Positions 13,601 through 27,485 of a stretch of 64,000 nucleotides of DNA are shown here, piece after piece (positions within the stretch are counted from its first letter, which is position 1; each line of letters opens with the position of its first letter). Both the position numbers and the translations under genes were made by a program. The notes beneath the pieces are model-generated. The model did no database searches, had not been told where the DNA came from, and was given only the letters and a program-made list of their open reading frames with translations. Source of the stretch: Spizellomyces punctatus DAOM BR117 (Eukaryota); assembly GCA_000182565.2 (NCBI GenBank), contig KQ257467.1; one strand, given 5' to 3'.

Positions 13601-16600
13601 CGAAGCCGCTTTTCGTTCAGTTGAACCATCCCAAAGTCAACCACATTTTCCGCCGTAGGCCCAGATATCAAATCTGCCAATGCACCATCTGGAAGCTCAC
13701 TTTGAAGAGAGTCGTGTATCTCGTACCCTTCTCCTTTGACATTAATCGACAAAGGAGAAGGTTTCTTTCGAACGTTACATAGAAGGTTATAATTGAACAT
13801 CTTCTCCGCTGACGGTACAAATGTAATCTCGATGGCAGCTTCGGACTTAGCCGCTATTGTACCCGCCGTCGGAGAAAATCTCAACACCGGAACGCCATCA
13901 TTATTCATTTCGAACGAAGTGTCGTTGAAGCAGAAACTGAACGGCACAGCTTCGTTGTTCACTAATTTGACAATTTCCTTCACTTGACGTCCGACAAGAA
14001 CTGATTTGAAGTTCACACTTGGTCGATCCATGAAAACGTTGGGCTCCATAGCTTGTCCAACGAGTAAAAATGAAACAGAGAGCTTATGACCTACAATATT
14101 GAAGCGCCAAAGAGATTCCTAAACGAAGGATAATTCGCATTAATAGGCGACTACATCGATGAGAGCTACGCAACGCACCTTTAAGTCAATCGATTCCGGG
14201 GTGAATTCGAAGACTATTTCGTACTTCTTGTTTGCCGTAACAAGACCTCTCGGTGTGAGACACTTGAACATCCGCTCGTCTCCTGCTTCATGAACCCATT
14301 CAAAACTGTAGCTGATGTTGGTGGGATTTACCAGATAGAATCGCTTGGTGTTTCGGATCTTCACTCCATAAGAAAAGAACTCAATCACTTTGGTGCCTGG
14401 ATCGAGAACCTTTGTAATCGCAGCGACTGAGGTGAGATCCATGTTGCGCCTAACTAGGTAGTCACTCTCTTCAATCTCGAAGTGGCAGAAGGGTCGCTGG
14501 GAACTTCCCTGGATGTGAAGCTGCATGGCCTTTTGCCCTGCTGCCAGATTGGACATTGAGCTCACCAGCTTAGCGGTGTATGTTCCAACTTCTACTGGGG
14601 AAAATCTCAGGGTGAAGCTGGCCGTCTCCCCACCCTCAATAGTGCCGGACGATGGTAGAACACTGAAAGGACAGTCTACCGAATCCGGGTCCAGTGGGGA
14701 ATTATCATCATCGATAAAGGTGAACGTGTAAGGTAACCGCACCTTGCCCGTGTTGCGGACTGTGAAAATATATATCCGTGTTTGATACATCATGGTGTCT
14801 TTGAAGCGAACATTCGTCACGTCACATTCATACGAAGAGAATTCGGCAAATCCGGAAAGAAGCAGGGTGCGATCCGGCAAAATATGGCCGAGTATCTCGA
14901 CAGCTGGCTCCGGATGCTGTTCAACAATCTTCTTAGGCGTCATCACCCTGGACAAGTCCGTCATTACCCAACGAACTGCCTTCATAGAATCATCCCAATC
15001 CGCATCGGGTGGTTGAGATTCATACTTGATTTTGGCAACTTTAACCGGTACATGGACACCAACGTGTTCATTGGGATGCCGGGCTAGGAAGGAAGCGGTA
15101 ACTTCCTTACTTCCCTTCGGACGAATGTGCAAGCACGAAGGTGAGAAGCTGAAGTCGTCGTGATCTCCGAAAGCGATACGTAAATACTCATGCGAATGGT
15201 TAGTTACGCTGAATGCGATCTGCTTTGGTTCGTTCACAAAGCAGTCTCCGAAGAATAGTTCGTTTTCCGAGTCATTCGGTAAGCCATCGAAGCTCAGTTC
15301 GTCAAGATACCCTTCCCCAGAAAGCTGTATTGAAGTATCCTCGAATGTATTATCAATCACACGGACACGCAACTCTGCATCAAGCTTTCGGGCAGCGCTT
15401 GCACGGCATCGCACGTCATAACTACGACTCTCCTGAGGCTTCAATGTGTATGTTTGATTTAGTCCAGCACAGTCAAAATCATCTGTATCTTTCGCATTCC
15501 ATTCCAGTTTAACCTTTGCCGCTATAATTCCATCATTTCGAAGCACAATAGGTAAAGTTTGCGATGCGCCAATCAGCAGTCTTCGGAAATGGAGTAAAGG
15601 AATTCCTGCCTTGTTTCTGAGCGAGGGCCTGTCAACAGTTATGCGTGGGAGTGTTCCTTCCCCTCGTAATTCAAAAGAAAGAGTTTTTGTTTTGCTCTCG
15701 GCGACATTTTCGACGACTGCCTCGAAGATTCCGGCATAGCTCTGAATCAGCATAGGATGAAATGTGACGGTAATATAGCGGCTTTCATGGCTTGGAATCG
15801 ATAACCTCTTCGGTTCTGAATCAAAAGCGAAGTCAGCAGCTTCACCACGGGCTTTTGTTCGGGGTCGCGTTGATATAGTCACATCGCATGGGATTTTGTA
15901 TGGATTGGACAGCTTAAAGCGAACCTGCGCTTGCTGCCCCACTAAATACGGTCCAAAATAGAAAATGCGATCATCCTCGGCATAATAGCTGGTTTGTGAA
16001 GAGAACAGTTCCAGGCGTTTGCAAAGGGTATGCTCCTCAAAGATTGATGCGTAATCTGAAGTGTTGATTCCAGGTATGCAGCTTTCGCCGATTAAACGAT
16101 ACTCCAACACATCAGGATACTCCGATGGAGAACGATCCGATATGTCGATTGCTGCAATTTCCTCGAAACTGCCAGGAGTTTCAGAATGGAATTCGACAGT
16201 AATAGGCTGTTTTTGGCCAGCGCTTACAACCCCACTTGTGGGGAAGATGGCAAATGCTCCAAAATTAAGCGTATCGCCCTGCTTGATAACATCTTTCCGG
16301 CTCATTATTTTAGATGATGGTGGCGAAGTTGCCCGTCCACCTGTTTTGCTGGCCCGTGAGTTAGTTCTTGTCTTGCCCCCAAGTTTGTTGTCCGTCAACG
16401 CGGCAACCAATTTGTAGATGGAGTAACGGAAGTCAAATTCCCCCAAGTTTTCGATTATAAATTGCCGCGTTGCTTTCGTTCCATGGACCAGTGCTCCAAA
16501 GTTCAGATCTCGTACGGGAAGGATACTAAACTTGCTAAATACAGCCCGTGCAGAAAGTTTCACTGGAATAGTAGCGGTAACCTCTCCTGTCACTGGTTCA

Positions 16601-19600
16601 AAGAACTGGCATTTGCACGAGGTGCTATCTCTGATTGTCAGCTCACGGCCGCTTCGGAACACTAGCTGCACTTGGAACGGCTTGTCGGACGGCTGAATGA
16701 CTCCTTGTTGTGGGGAAACGGTAAAAAGGTCGCTGCACTCCTTACTGTCGAAGGCAAATCGGTACCCAACTTCGTATTTGCCCTTGTTTCTGAGCGTACA
16801 CATTTGCTTGCCCTCCTCGAATACCTTGATGACGCCGAAATCTAATCCCCCCTCGTAACCCTTGGGAAAATGAAGATCTACCGCGATATCGTACGCTTCG
16901 GCAGTCACCAAGATAGGCACCTCCTGTACAACGCCCGCTATTCTATCAGTATCGCTGACCTCGAGGCGTACTAATTTCTTGACTACAACTGGTTTGTTTC
17001 CCTTGAAATCCGCTGCAATGGTGCACTCCTGTGCTGGGTCCAGCACCCCTTCCACTGGCCCAACTTGAAATTCATCTCCAAGCGCATCGGCTCCAGCAAG
17101 CTTCCATGCCACTGGCAAAAGGGTGTTATTCCTCAACCGCAGTTCTCGCCTTTCCATTTTCCCCAATAGCAGCTTATCGAACGTCAGAGATTTCTTGTCA
17201 ATTTCCAATTCGGGCTTTACTCCAGTACAAGTCAACTTAAAGGAATAGGGCTCTGGATTGTCTTTCACGCAAATTACGAACAAATCTTCTACGTGGTTGG
17301 TATTGCGCGGATATGCCCATATTGACAAGGTCTCGGTCTGTCCAACAGACAGATCCATACTCTGTGGCTCAAAAAAGAAGACATCACCCTTTACATCGTT
17401 ACGGAGTCCAAATGCCACCTTTATTTCCGACTTGCCAGGGTTGGTGATATTCAACAAAGCTCGGTTTTCTGGATATCTGTCCAGGTACTTCTCTCTGGGT
17501 TTGCTGTAGAGAAGGGGGCCAAAATCGTACGTTCCTGTCGATGCAATGTATTCGCCGTGCACTATAGCCTTGTCATCCTTGGTCTTTCGCCATTTTTGAA
17601 AAATCTTTTTGGGGTCGCCAGCAATCTGAGCGTACTGACAATATCCAGCGCAATGAATGGAATATCGTCCTTTCGCTCCGACCAACTCAAAGTTGAGGGT
17701 CTGCTCAAACTTTCCAACTTCCGCAGCGCTAAATTTGACAAATAGCTCCTTTCGTTCGTGCGGTTGAATTACCCAACGGAATCGCCTGATCTCATCTTTG
17801 TCAATATCATCATCACTCTCAACTGCAAGTTTGACGTCTTCGTTGACTTTTACCACCGGGCGTGCACGTCTGCCATTATCCGTTCGCGCACCCGTATTGC
17901 TGGAGGTACTTGCAACTGCTCCTGTCGCAGGAGTTGTAGCAGCGGGTAGAGAAGGGACTACTTCCGTCAAAGGAAGGGCATCATCCTCGCTTTCAATAGC
18001 AGCCGGGGCGAACAGGCTAAAGTATTTTAAATGAGGGGCTACATCAGCCCTTTCGGGAGGTAACGACATAATCTGCTCTATGTAAGGCTCCGGCATTCTG
18101 TCAAAAACATCGACTCCCTCCTCCGCTTTCGACTGAGTGGGAAGATGCTCGGTGATGGTCTTAAAGACAGTGTCCTCATCCAAGTTTGCATTGATTTCAA
18201 CATAATACCGTGCCATACTTTCTTCCGCACCGTGTTGCTCACCTTCCGAAGTTGAGAGAACGCCGCTCGCTGCAGCCACGTCCGGAGGAACTGTCCCTCC
18301 AGCACCAATTTTCGTTTTTGGTGCCTTTTTTTCTGCCTGTACTGTCCCGGCTAGCTGCCGACCGGGGACCGGTCTGTCCCCATCCTTCAACAGATTGATA
18401 ACTGCTTCCAGCGTTGAAGAGTAGTTGTCAACTCGTCGATAGGTACTCTCATTCAAAAACAAGTCACCTCCTTCGCTCAGGGTAAAACGCGAAGACAGAT
18501 CGTCAAAAGCGTCTTTGTCAATACGCTCCCCCAGCTCACTGCGAGTACCCTTCTCTGATCCACGTTCTATTTTATCCAAAGCAAGTCGCTTTATGACTTT
18601 CGGAGACATTGCGTCCGTTTTTACTTCACCTATCGATAAATTGTTACGACTCAATCGCGCATCGCTCTTGCTTCCAGGGGATGGGGCAGTTTTGTCAGGT
18701 TTGTCAATGGGACGGGTACTAATGGGTGGCCTTCGTGCTCCCTTTTTGGCTTTGGCCTTTTCTTCCTCAGCTTTCCGCTCAAGCCTGATTGCAAGTTCGT
18801 CCTCCCAATGTCGATGCTCCACCTTCTTACGATCTTGTTGCTCTTTCAAACGTCGCCTATATTTAGCTATCAAATGATCATATTTTTCTTTTTCTTGCTC
18901 TGTCATATTGTCGTAATCTGCTTCTGACACCTCCTCAACGTGAAGAGCATCTGCATCTTTATCACCGCCACCACGGTGTGCACTGCCTTCACGTTCACGG
19001 ATATGCAAAACATCCGCAGCTAGATTGAATAGCAGAGGTTTTCGGCTCCTTTCAGGGTTGCCGCGCATAATCGCTCGCATTATCACCAAAGGCGTTCCAT
19101 ATTTGCTTTCGAGCCCATCAAAGACAATTCCGCGAGTGCAATCTTCCTTCTGCAATCCGACTCTAATGATGTCTGCAATGAGGTCTTCGGATAGGGAGAA
19201 CTGCGTGTCGCCCGTATGGTAATGATCGCGCTGAGGGGATTCCCCATCATCGCGTTCCAGTGCTGGCGTTGCCGAGAATGGGTAATGATCGTCAGCATCT
19301 GCGGCCACACTAGCACTCACGAGTACTTTTGCGCCCCCCGCACCTCCAGAGATATTTTCAGCATGAACTCCTGATAAAGCTTCTTTCAGCCTAGATGCAA
19401 TGTCATGCCCACTACCTTCAGCGCCTAGGTGGACATCAATCATCTCATCCACTCGCACATAGACATAACCAAAGGTCTTGGAGATACGTCGCGCCTGTGT
19501 CTTACGACCGGCAAATGGAGGTCCATGAAGAATGATGTTTACTGGGACATCTGGGGTGGAGACGGTTGAACTTTCGTTCGCATGTGTTGTCCCTGTAGGC

Positions 19601-22600
19601 AAATGCGATAAAGCGGTAGAGGACTTTGCAAATCTTGATTGTTGCAAGGAACCTCCCACTGGTAGGGTTTCTACAAGGTCGCCAACACCAGTGTCACTGG
19701 GCATAGGCTCCTTGCCATTTCTCTCCTGTTTGATTTTTGCAAGGGCGGCTTCCACGATGGGTTCAGGTAGGCCACCTCCAGGTTCTCGCGGGGGAATATA
19801 TAGCACTCCATTTTGGTACCAGCCATCTAAATGTTTCAATAGCTCTTCTTCTTCCAAATACTGCTGATCGAATTCCAAAGAATACATCTCCAAAGGGTAG
19901 TCGGTGGGATTGTATGCAATGAATTTTCGCACCGCTCCATCAGAGAACGGTAGTACTGGCCCCATAATCAGCGCCTCAGGTTCGAAAATGATAGAGGGTT
20001 GAATCCCTTTGCCGGTGACACGGAGTTGAGCGGCCTTTGCATTCATCGTAATCTTGATGGGAAAGGTTTCGTCGTAAATCCTATCTTCCATTGGCACAAA
20101 GTGCACCATCATCATAATCTTTTCTCCTGGCTGCAGGATGCCCGAAGATGGGATGAAATCAAACTCTCTTATCACTTGCGCTCCCAGCTTCTTTTTGACT
20201 TTCTTCTTTGTTGGTACTGGGACAACATCGGTTGTGACAACCGTCCATTCACAGGGCACCGTGTAAGAATTGTGCAGTCGCACCATAACTGTCTTGCGAT
20301 AACCACACAGAACCTCTCCAAAGTCAATCTCATTGGTTGAAATCGTGAGGTCAGGGACCGTTACATATGCTCGAAGTGCAAGATCAATGCTCGGACCGCC
20401 AGCAATCTTCACAGGTAAATCTACCCCCACAGTTCCTAAATCCATATTGATACTCATGTTTCTGGCTTGAAATGTAATTTGAATGTCGATACATTCATGG
20501 TGCGGTGCTCCAGGAAGGAGCCTAACTTTGTCAGGCTCTACGGAGAAACCAGTCCCAGTCAATACAGATTTGTCTATCGTGAAAGAGATCGGGTGCAATC
20601 CGGTGTTCTTCAGTCGCACCGTTTTCTTCTTCTGAGTATTGCGGATTACATTGCCAAAATCGCAAATGTAACTCGCCAGTTTCACTTGAGAGCTTTCACT
20701 CAAGCTAACAACACTCTTTTTGTCCGATCCTTTGCCTTGCTGTATTTTAGAGAATAGGATCGGAGACCCCACATATTTTCCCCTAGGTACGGGTGGCATG
20801 CGTGTGCGAATGTCATCGTTGAGTCGAGCTAGAAGGTCCAATGTTCTCTCCTTGAGAAGGAGCCTTTCAGCCTGAGCTTCTGCTTCAGGATCCGGAAATT
20901 TGCCTGGTGCATTGTCGCTAGCCAAGTTTTGTTTGGCCTTTTTGGTGCACGCAGACTTCACTTCGGCCAAATGCGCGTCGTATCGTTCATCGGGCATCCT
21001 AGGAATATTCAAGCTCAAACGGGGAAATGTGCCTGCTCCGGTAACTTGGATCTTCACCGGCTCAAATTGCGCTATCTGGACGAAGAAGTAGTCATCCACA
21101 GTCTCGGGAACAGCAAAGCAGCATCGTACGGCTAAACGCTGCTTCGTTCGAGGTCCAATAGTTCCTGCAGCTGGGAAGATGGCGATCTTTTGCTGAAGTG
21201 GGGATTCGGCCAGGAGCAAGGTGTTGAAGTCAAAGCTCACTCGCCCCATATTGGTGAGTATCAAATCTTGCTCCAAAATGTCTTGATATGACTGTGTCCC
21301 AAAATCGATTACATGGCGATCAAACTGGTACTCAATCAAAGACACCTCTCCTTGGAGACTGATCTCGTACTTTGGACCCCCTGCAACATCGCAAATGGCA
21401 ACTGCACTAAATCGGCCACCAAGATGACCATAGAAGGTTATCTCAACGGTCTCGCTGTCGCCAGGCATCAGCATGCCGTGCAGTGGTCGAATATCGAAGA
21501 TTTGGTCAATCAGGACATCTGACAATTCTGACTCGTCTTGCAGTGTCGTCTGAAATGCTGGAGCATGGAACAACCATGAATAGGAGACAGGCAAAACGCT
21601 GCAGTTTGTCATAACTAGCGTTTTCTTCTGTTCGGTATTGATCGGTATGCATCCGTAATCCATCGACATGGCTCCGAACGACAGGTTAGGGAAGGTGACT
21701 TCACTGTACATCTCCACTATATCTTTCTGTGGATGCTCAGCGTAACGAATAACGAGTTTGGCGTGCTCCTTTACAGTGACGCGGTCCGTATGGAAAGACG
21801 GGTCATAAGTGACCGTTACAACGGATGTATCTCCGGGATTTAGCGCATTCTCAAGCTGGGGTGGATTTACGGTATATGAGCTCGGGCATTTAAAGAAGAC
21901 ATGCAGTGGCAGTGGCGATGTGTTCTTCAGTTGCAACTTTTGCGTCAGTACCGTACAATCTTCATCTCTCTCATGGGCCGCAAAAAACTTTAAGCTTGGA
22001 GGTGTCAATTTCATTAATGGTGTAATAAAGTTTGCCGAAACTAGGGTCGTAAGGATTTGTCTACGAGTTGGATCTTTGTCGATAAATCCTTGGCAGACCA
22101 AGGTCTCGGAAACCTCAATGGCTTTGCTGGAATATCCCTTGATCGTAATAACTTGCTGACCATTTGGCTTGAGCGTGAACCGGCTAGGAATGACTTCAAA
22201 TACCGGCTCCCAAATGCCATTAGCATCCTTGCTTCGCTTCTCTTCCACCGACCAGATGAGTGTTTGCGACCGTCTTCCTTTATTAACGAGGGTGAAGTCG
22301 CGACTGCATTCTCTACTGCTGAAAACATCGTCGAAATGCACTTCCTCCAGTGACTTGTCAAAGACAATTGTTGTCCCCTGTCCGCGTGCGACTAAATGGA
22401 CCTCGTGAACACCTCCGGAGTGTGTAGCAATCTTAATAATGTCCGTGAATTTGAGCGCATCATCAAGAAACGCCGTGACCTCGAGATCTACTTCTGCTTG
22501 AGGAGAAACCCACCCTTCACTTGGCGATACTCGATATACCGATTGGTCACTGACTGCGTTACAAGAAAAATGAGCCGCAATCGGAGAGTCATTCTTGAGA

Positions 22601-25600
22601 GACAAAGACATAGGAACATCTTTCAAGACGGGTATTTTGCCCCAGTTGAGTTCGGTAGTGGAAACGACCACAGACGGACCAATGCCGTTTGCAGTGATGT
22701 CAACAACCACCGGTATCTCTTCGTTCCCGCTAATCGTTAGGAAGATAGGAAAGTTTATTTGTCCCAGCCTCTTGATTTGAATCTCCAGATTTATTTTGGT
22801 CTCTGAGTGCGGTTCTATTACCCCAATTGCGTTCCGTGAAGAGTACTGAAATACCGCCTTTGCTGATTCTTCCTGCAGCTGTAGTTTATAACGAGCCGGA
22901 AAGTCGGTTGGATTTTCCAATAATACATATCCGTCGTAGAGATAGTTCAGAAAGCAATCGCCATATTCCAACGCGAAAGAGTGTAGTTTGATCTAAAAGT
23001 AGAACAACACCTGTCAGATATACAGACGACAGCCCGTTAGGCTACGCGGCTGACCACGAACCTCTGGCACAACACTTTGTGCAAATACCGAAAGTCTGCA
23101 CATATCATCGCTCACTCCAGGAACATCGACAATAATGTGGGTATCGTATTGTTGAACCGATGTGGGCGTAAAGGCCACATGGATCTTCTGCGATGCGGTC
23201 GGAGGTATCACCCCACGCGATGGTTCTATCGCGAACTCTGTTTCATTTGCGGATACCCGCAGATGGAAAGACATCGGGATTTGTGAAGTATTAACCAGAG
23301 TCACAGCTCGAACGCTTTCGAATCCGTAGGCAACTTTTTGGTAATCCAGCTCTGCCAGATCGAAGTGGAAGTTGGGACCCACTACCTGCCCTTTGAAACC
23401 AAGAATGATCGGCTCCGCAGAACCCTGCAAATAGTTATAGGCATTAGCTTCGCGGCCATAGCTTGTGCATTAAAATTTACAACCTGCAAGTTCCAGGTAA
23501 ACTCTTCAATAAAAGAGCCAAGAATATCCGGATGGAATACAATATTGATTGCCTGTTGTTCACCGACACCAATGACACCAGATTCCGGGATGAACGAAAA
23601 TTTTGGCCCAAATAAACTACCAGATGGTCGCAAGGAGAAGATTACGTCGATATCCCCCAAATTCTCTAGGATGACCTGCCACAACCGAGAGAGGCGGAAA
23701 GTAGGCATTAGTAAGCTACTATGACAGATTATTGACGTGCACCTGCAAATACGTACCTCATATTTGTGAACAGTGTCAATATAAATGTCCTCTAAATCCA
23801 ACATATCATACGAAAAGCGAGCTTTTGGACCAACACCTTCTCCCTTGAGACTGGAAGTCAGCATCCCAAAGCTGTTGAGAACTCACAAGACCCACCTTCA
23901 GTTGTAGCGGCAGTCGAATGTCCCGACCAGCAACATCACAGTATATTGTTTGCGAGTGTACCCCAGGTGTGGTCGGCTCGAAAAACACGTTTACTTCAAC
24001 GAAGGATTTCGGCCATACGATTCCATCTGTCGGTTCAACGCGAAAGATTGCGTCCTCAAACAATAAGGGATCGTTGTCGATTTCTCTCTTCTGATTCTAA
24101 GATGAAAGTGAATAGGGTGCTACCTACCATCTGCTGCCCAGAGGTATCATGACCATACCTTGTATTTTTGTGCCAGAAGAGCCAAATCAACAGAGTCTCC
24201 GATTCGTTCCCCAGACTATGTGTAGAAAGGGTTCTGAGTTAGAGACGCCGAGCTTTGGCCATTGCAGTGGCGAGTTACAATGCGACATTTTATGCTTACT
24301 GCTATCTCTTGGCTTCGACCCTTTTCTTCCTCTTCATAGCACAACAGCTCTGCATTTCGCCTCATACGGTATTGAGCCTCTTCTGTAGAATCCGCAAATC
24401 GTTTCCATTGAAACTTCGCCTGTCGCAAAGGTGAGATGGATCCTTCTGTCACTACTGGGTACTGAATACAACGATAAGGCTTACCATAATGTCGCTCCGG
24501 TTGAAGATCTTGACCGTCTTAATAGACGCCAAAGTGATATAAGTACTGTCCAGTTTCAAGGTCGGCTTTTCCAAACGAATATGAGCGTTCTCCGCGCTCC
24601 CCATCAATGAAACATAAATCTCCTCCCCAGTGTCAAAGCAGACACAAAGATCCTGTTTAAAGCTTCCACTTTGCTGTGGTAATGAAGGCCATTAAGCAAC
24701 TGATGGTCTTCATTCACGAACCAAACGTTGGGGGTTCTGACCTCAGGATGGAACACAACGTCTATCTGCATGCTTTGCTTCAAATCAAGATATCCGTTGG
24801 TGGGGCTCACATGAAAGGGGGGCTCGGTCTTGATATGGAATTTTGCGGGGCGATTTCCAATATTACGAACTAATAAAGTGCGGGTGGTGTCGAACTTGAC
24901 AGGTGCGTCTGTGAAAACCAATTCATCCGGGAAATCTAGTACGGCTATCAAAAGCAAGAGAGATTAGCTTAATTGTAGAGGAAATATTGTCGCAGACGTT
25001 ACTAAAGGGCTCCATTGGATACCTCGTGCACCAATGGCTTCAATCGGCACCAGGAATGTCTCTCTTTCGGTTACGCAGACCAAATTATATTTGTAGTCCG
25101 TTTCGGCCTCTGGTGTAAAACGTAAAATATACGCAACATCCATTCCTGGGGCGACCTTGCCAGAGTTCAAATTGTCATTATTCGATCCAACTATTGTAAA
25201 ATACGGGCTGTCTATGGGTTCTATTCGCAACCGTCTGGGAACCTGTCATTGGAAAAGTGTTCAAACAGTTCCCTTAGATCTCAGATTCGCTTGTCGCGAG
25301 TGGACACCAAACGTCTCCCTTTAGTGTACCTTATCGTTGTTTCTAAAGTTAATAACTATCTCGTAAGTTTCGAATGGTACACAGGACTGTAGCACGATGG
25401 TTGAAGGGAACGGCTGGAAGAGTGGCCTGTCTATTGGAACGTCCGAGGGTTTTGTCGCTGTGTCACTCTGATCGATATGCCCAATTATGCGTGGTAAGTA
25501 GCCAATACATGATACTTTTGCCATTCGTTCTGCAGTTGATAATGATCGTTCTTTGATAAAGTCTGATGGGCGCCGTTTCGTCGCGGTACCGCTGTCTGGG

Positions 25601-25770
25601 AAGATCTTGGCAGATGGACTAGTTCCCACCAGCGAGACTGTATGTATACCATGGCCAGCGGTATGACCCGTCCGAAGCCGCGTAACTAATCCTCCAGTCT
25701 TGTGGCCACCCGGAGAGAAAGGCTCACGGGGCAAGTGCCTTTGAGCACTCCCGAGGTCGGTGGCCGCCAT
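10628..25770 (-). CDS. HYDIN: Hydin, axonemal central-pair protein with many ASH/Ig-like repeats and an internal adenylate-kinase-like domain; roughly 4,600-4,700 aa by estimate
   Basis: Repeated Ig-like units (e.g. F.v.P..G.i.p, l.l.G.g, dFG); N-terminal FQPFPSTIV...FRNNDKV; ILHGPPFAGRKT P-loop-like segment; C-terminus VVWIYYLRAAAS* (stop 10628-10630). Giant exon 14179-22992. Confidence 0.93.
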
Positions 25771-26014
25771 TCCGGCGGCTCTATTTTAATACGCGTAAGA
25801 TTATGCAGATTACTGCTGCAGCCTTGGAGGTGATCGGTTCAGATGTCGTCTGCTCCCCCAACGTTGCTGCCTGCTTACGACAATCTCCGCCCGTCGTGGT
25901 TGCGATCAGACTTGGTTTTGTACATTCGAACCGGTTAAGGTTAAGATAACTCGGTACGTAATCACATGAAAGGATCTTCCTCCAAAGCACTTTGTCCGTC
26001 ATCTTCTGCCGACC

Positions 26015-26657
26015 ATGGGTAATATCTCGCAGGTGTCGCCAAGAGTCTTCTCTCTACTCACCCGCCGCTTTACCACTGCGCTGACAGTTCTGGCAGGTAG
26101 ACATCTTGCTGTGATCGCCACGTTTTATACGGTCGCGTTCAGCCTTGAGTCTTTGACAGTGAAGCCAAGTCGAGAAGCAGATTGGTACCTTCCTGCCGGG
26201 TTCCGCCAAGAAGGGGAACTCGCGGCCAATTATGAACTTGCTGCTGGAAATGAGCGTTATGAGTACTTGAAGCGCTTACTTCGAGAGGAACCATGGGAGG
26301 ATATGCGACCTCTGGTGATGATACGCCGCGGAACGCCGAAAGATCCGATCATCATCCAAGGGATTGATCCTGAACGTTATATAGGTTGTACAGGTATGGT
26401 ATCATCGTATTTTTTTGATTAGAGACTACTATATGATGGTCCCGATTAGGCTTTCCAGCCGATTCCCATGAAGTGATTTGGCTGACCATAAGGCCGCTGC
26501 CGAAGGGCCGTCTCGATCGCTGTCCACACTGCGGAAATTGCTACAAAGTGAGTGAAGCGGTTATATTAAGTTTTTTCTCATTTCAGGTGCGAACTCAATT
26601 CGTCACGTTCATTTGTTTATTTTTTAGTATATACGCAGGCCTCTTGCTGATCATTGA
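26015..26657 (+). CDS. COX4: Cytochrome c oxidase subunit 4 (fungal Cox4, COX5B family), zinc-binding; spliced
   Basis: GTPKDPIII...RYIGCTG|FPADSHEVIWL...RCPHCGNCYK gives the C-H-CxxC zinc ligand set. Arg/Ser/Thr-rich N-terminus resembles a mitochondrial presequence. Introns begin at 26097, ~26394 and ~26548. Confidence 0.9.
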
Positions 26658-27485
26658 ATGCTTCGATTTGAATTGCTTACTGAAAGCATATGCTGTGGGA
26701 TGCAATCAACTATTATGTGTAAATACTATTTTTGCAGGCGTTGTAGTATAGTTGAATGGAGAGCGTCACTTTTTGAATGACCCAAACACCTGCACTTGCA
26801 TCATGCCGGTAGACATTCCCCTGGGCTTCTAAACACGTTTGTGATGGAATCGCATGAAGAGTTATGTTTGTCTGAATCTTGTAGACAGATGCATCATTTT
26901 GCAACCTGCCCGTATTCTGCACAGACAATGATCGCAAAGGCAACCCTCCTCCAAATTCAGATTTTGAGATGCAAGCCGATCTCCTTCGTGGCCATAAATT
27001 TGGAGAAGGGCACGTGACTCTGAAGGAAGCGAAAAGGCGACAAACCCCCTTGCTGTTTGTTCCTCTTCATTCCATGGCACTCCTTCCAGCGAGGGCCAAG
27101 CAACACCCAAGGTCAAACTGAACGGCAGTATAAAAACCACCCCGCTTCGTAGTCGTGTGAAGGCAAACTCTGATTATCACTCATTGAAAAGTAACCAGTT
27201 GTTGGCCAATCGAAAGAAGATCTCAAGGTGAGATTCAGCAACCGGAAACATGGACCGTCTAGTTGCGATATGGTTGCCTTTGCTCAGTTGGCTTTGCGGT
27301 ACAATACTGACGCACCAATATTATGTTGCAATAGAGCACAGATTCCGTGTGATCGGCAGTTTGCCGATATGTGTGTTTGATAATTGTTCGGCTGGGAACA
27401 GCGAAGCGGCTTTACATCCCAGTTAAACCGTTTATATTTCTCGAAACCTGTCATTTCAACCTTTTTTATCCGTCCATTTTATTCC

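Noticed and set aside
25860-25960. Possible RFX X-box in the HYDIN promoter
   Set aside because: Only partial half-sites (gttgc, gataac); no acceptable match to the palindromic consensus.
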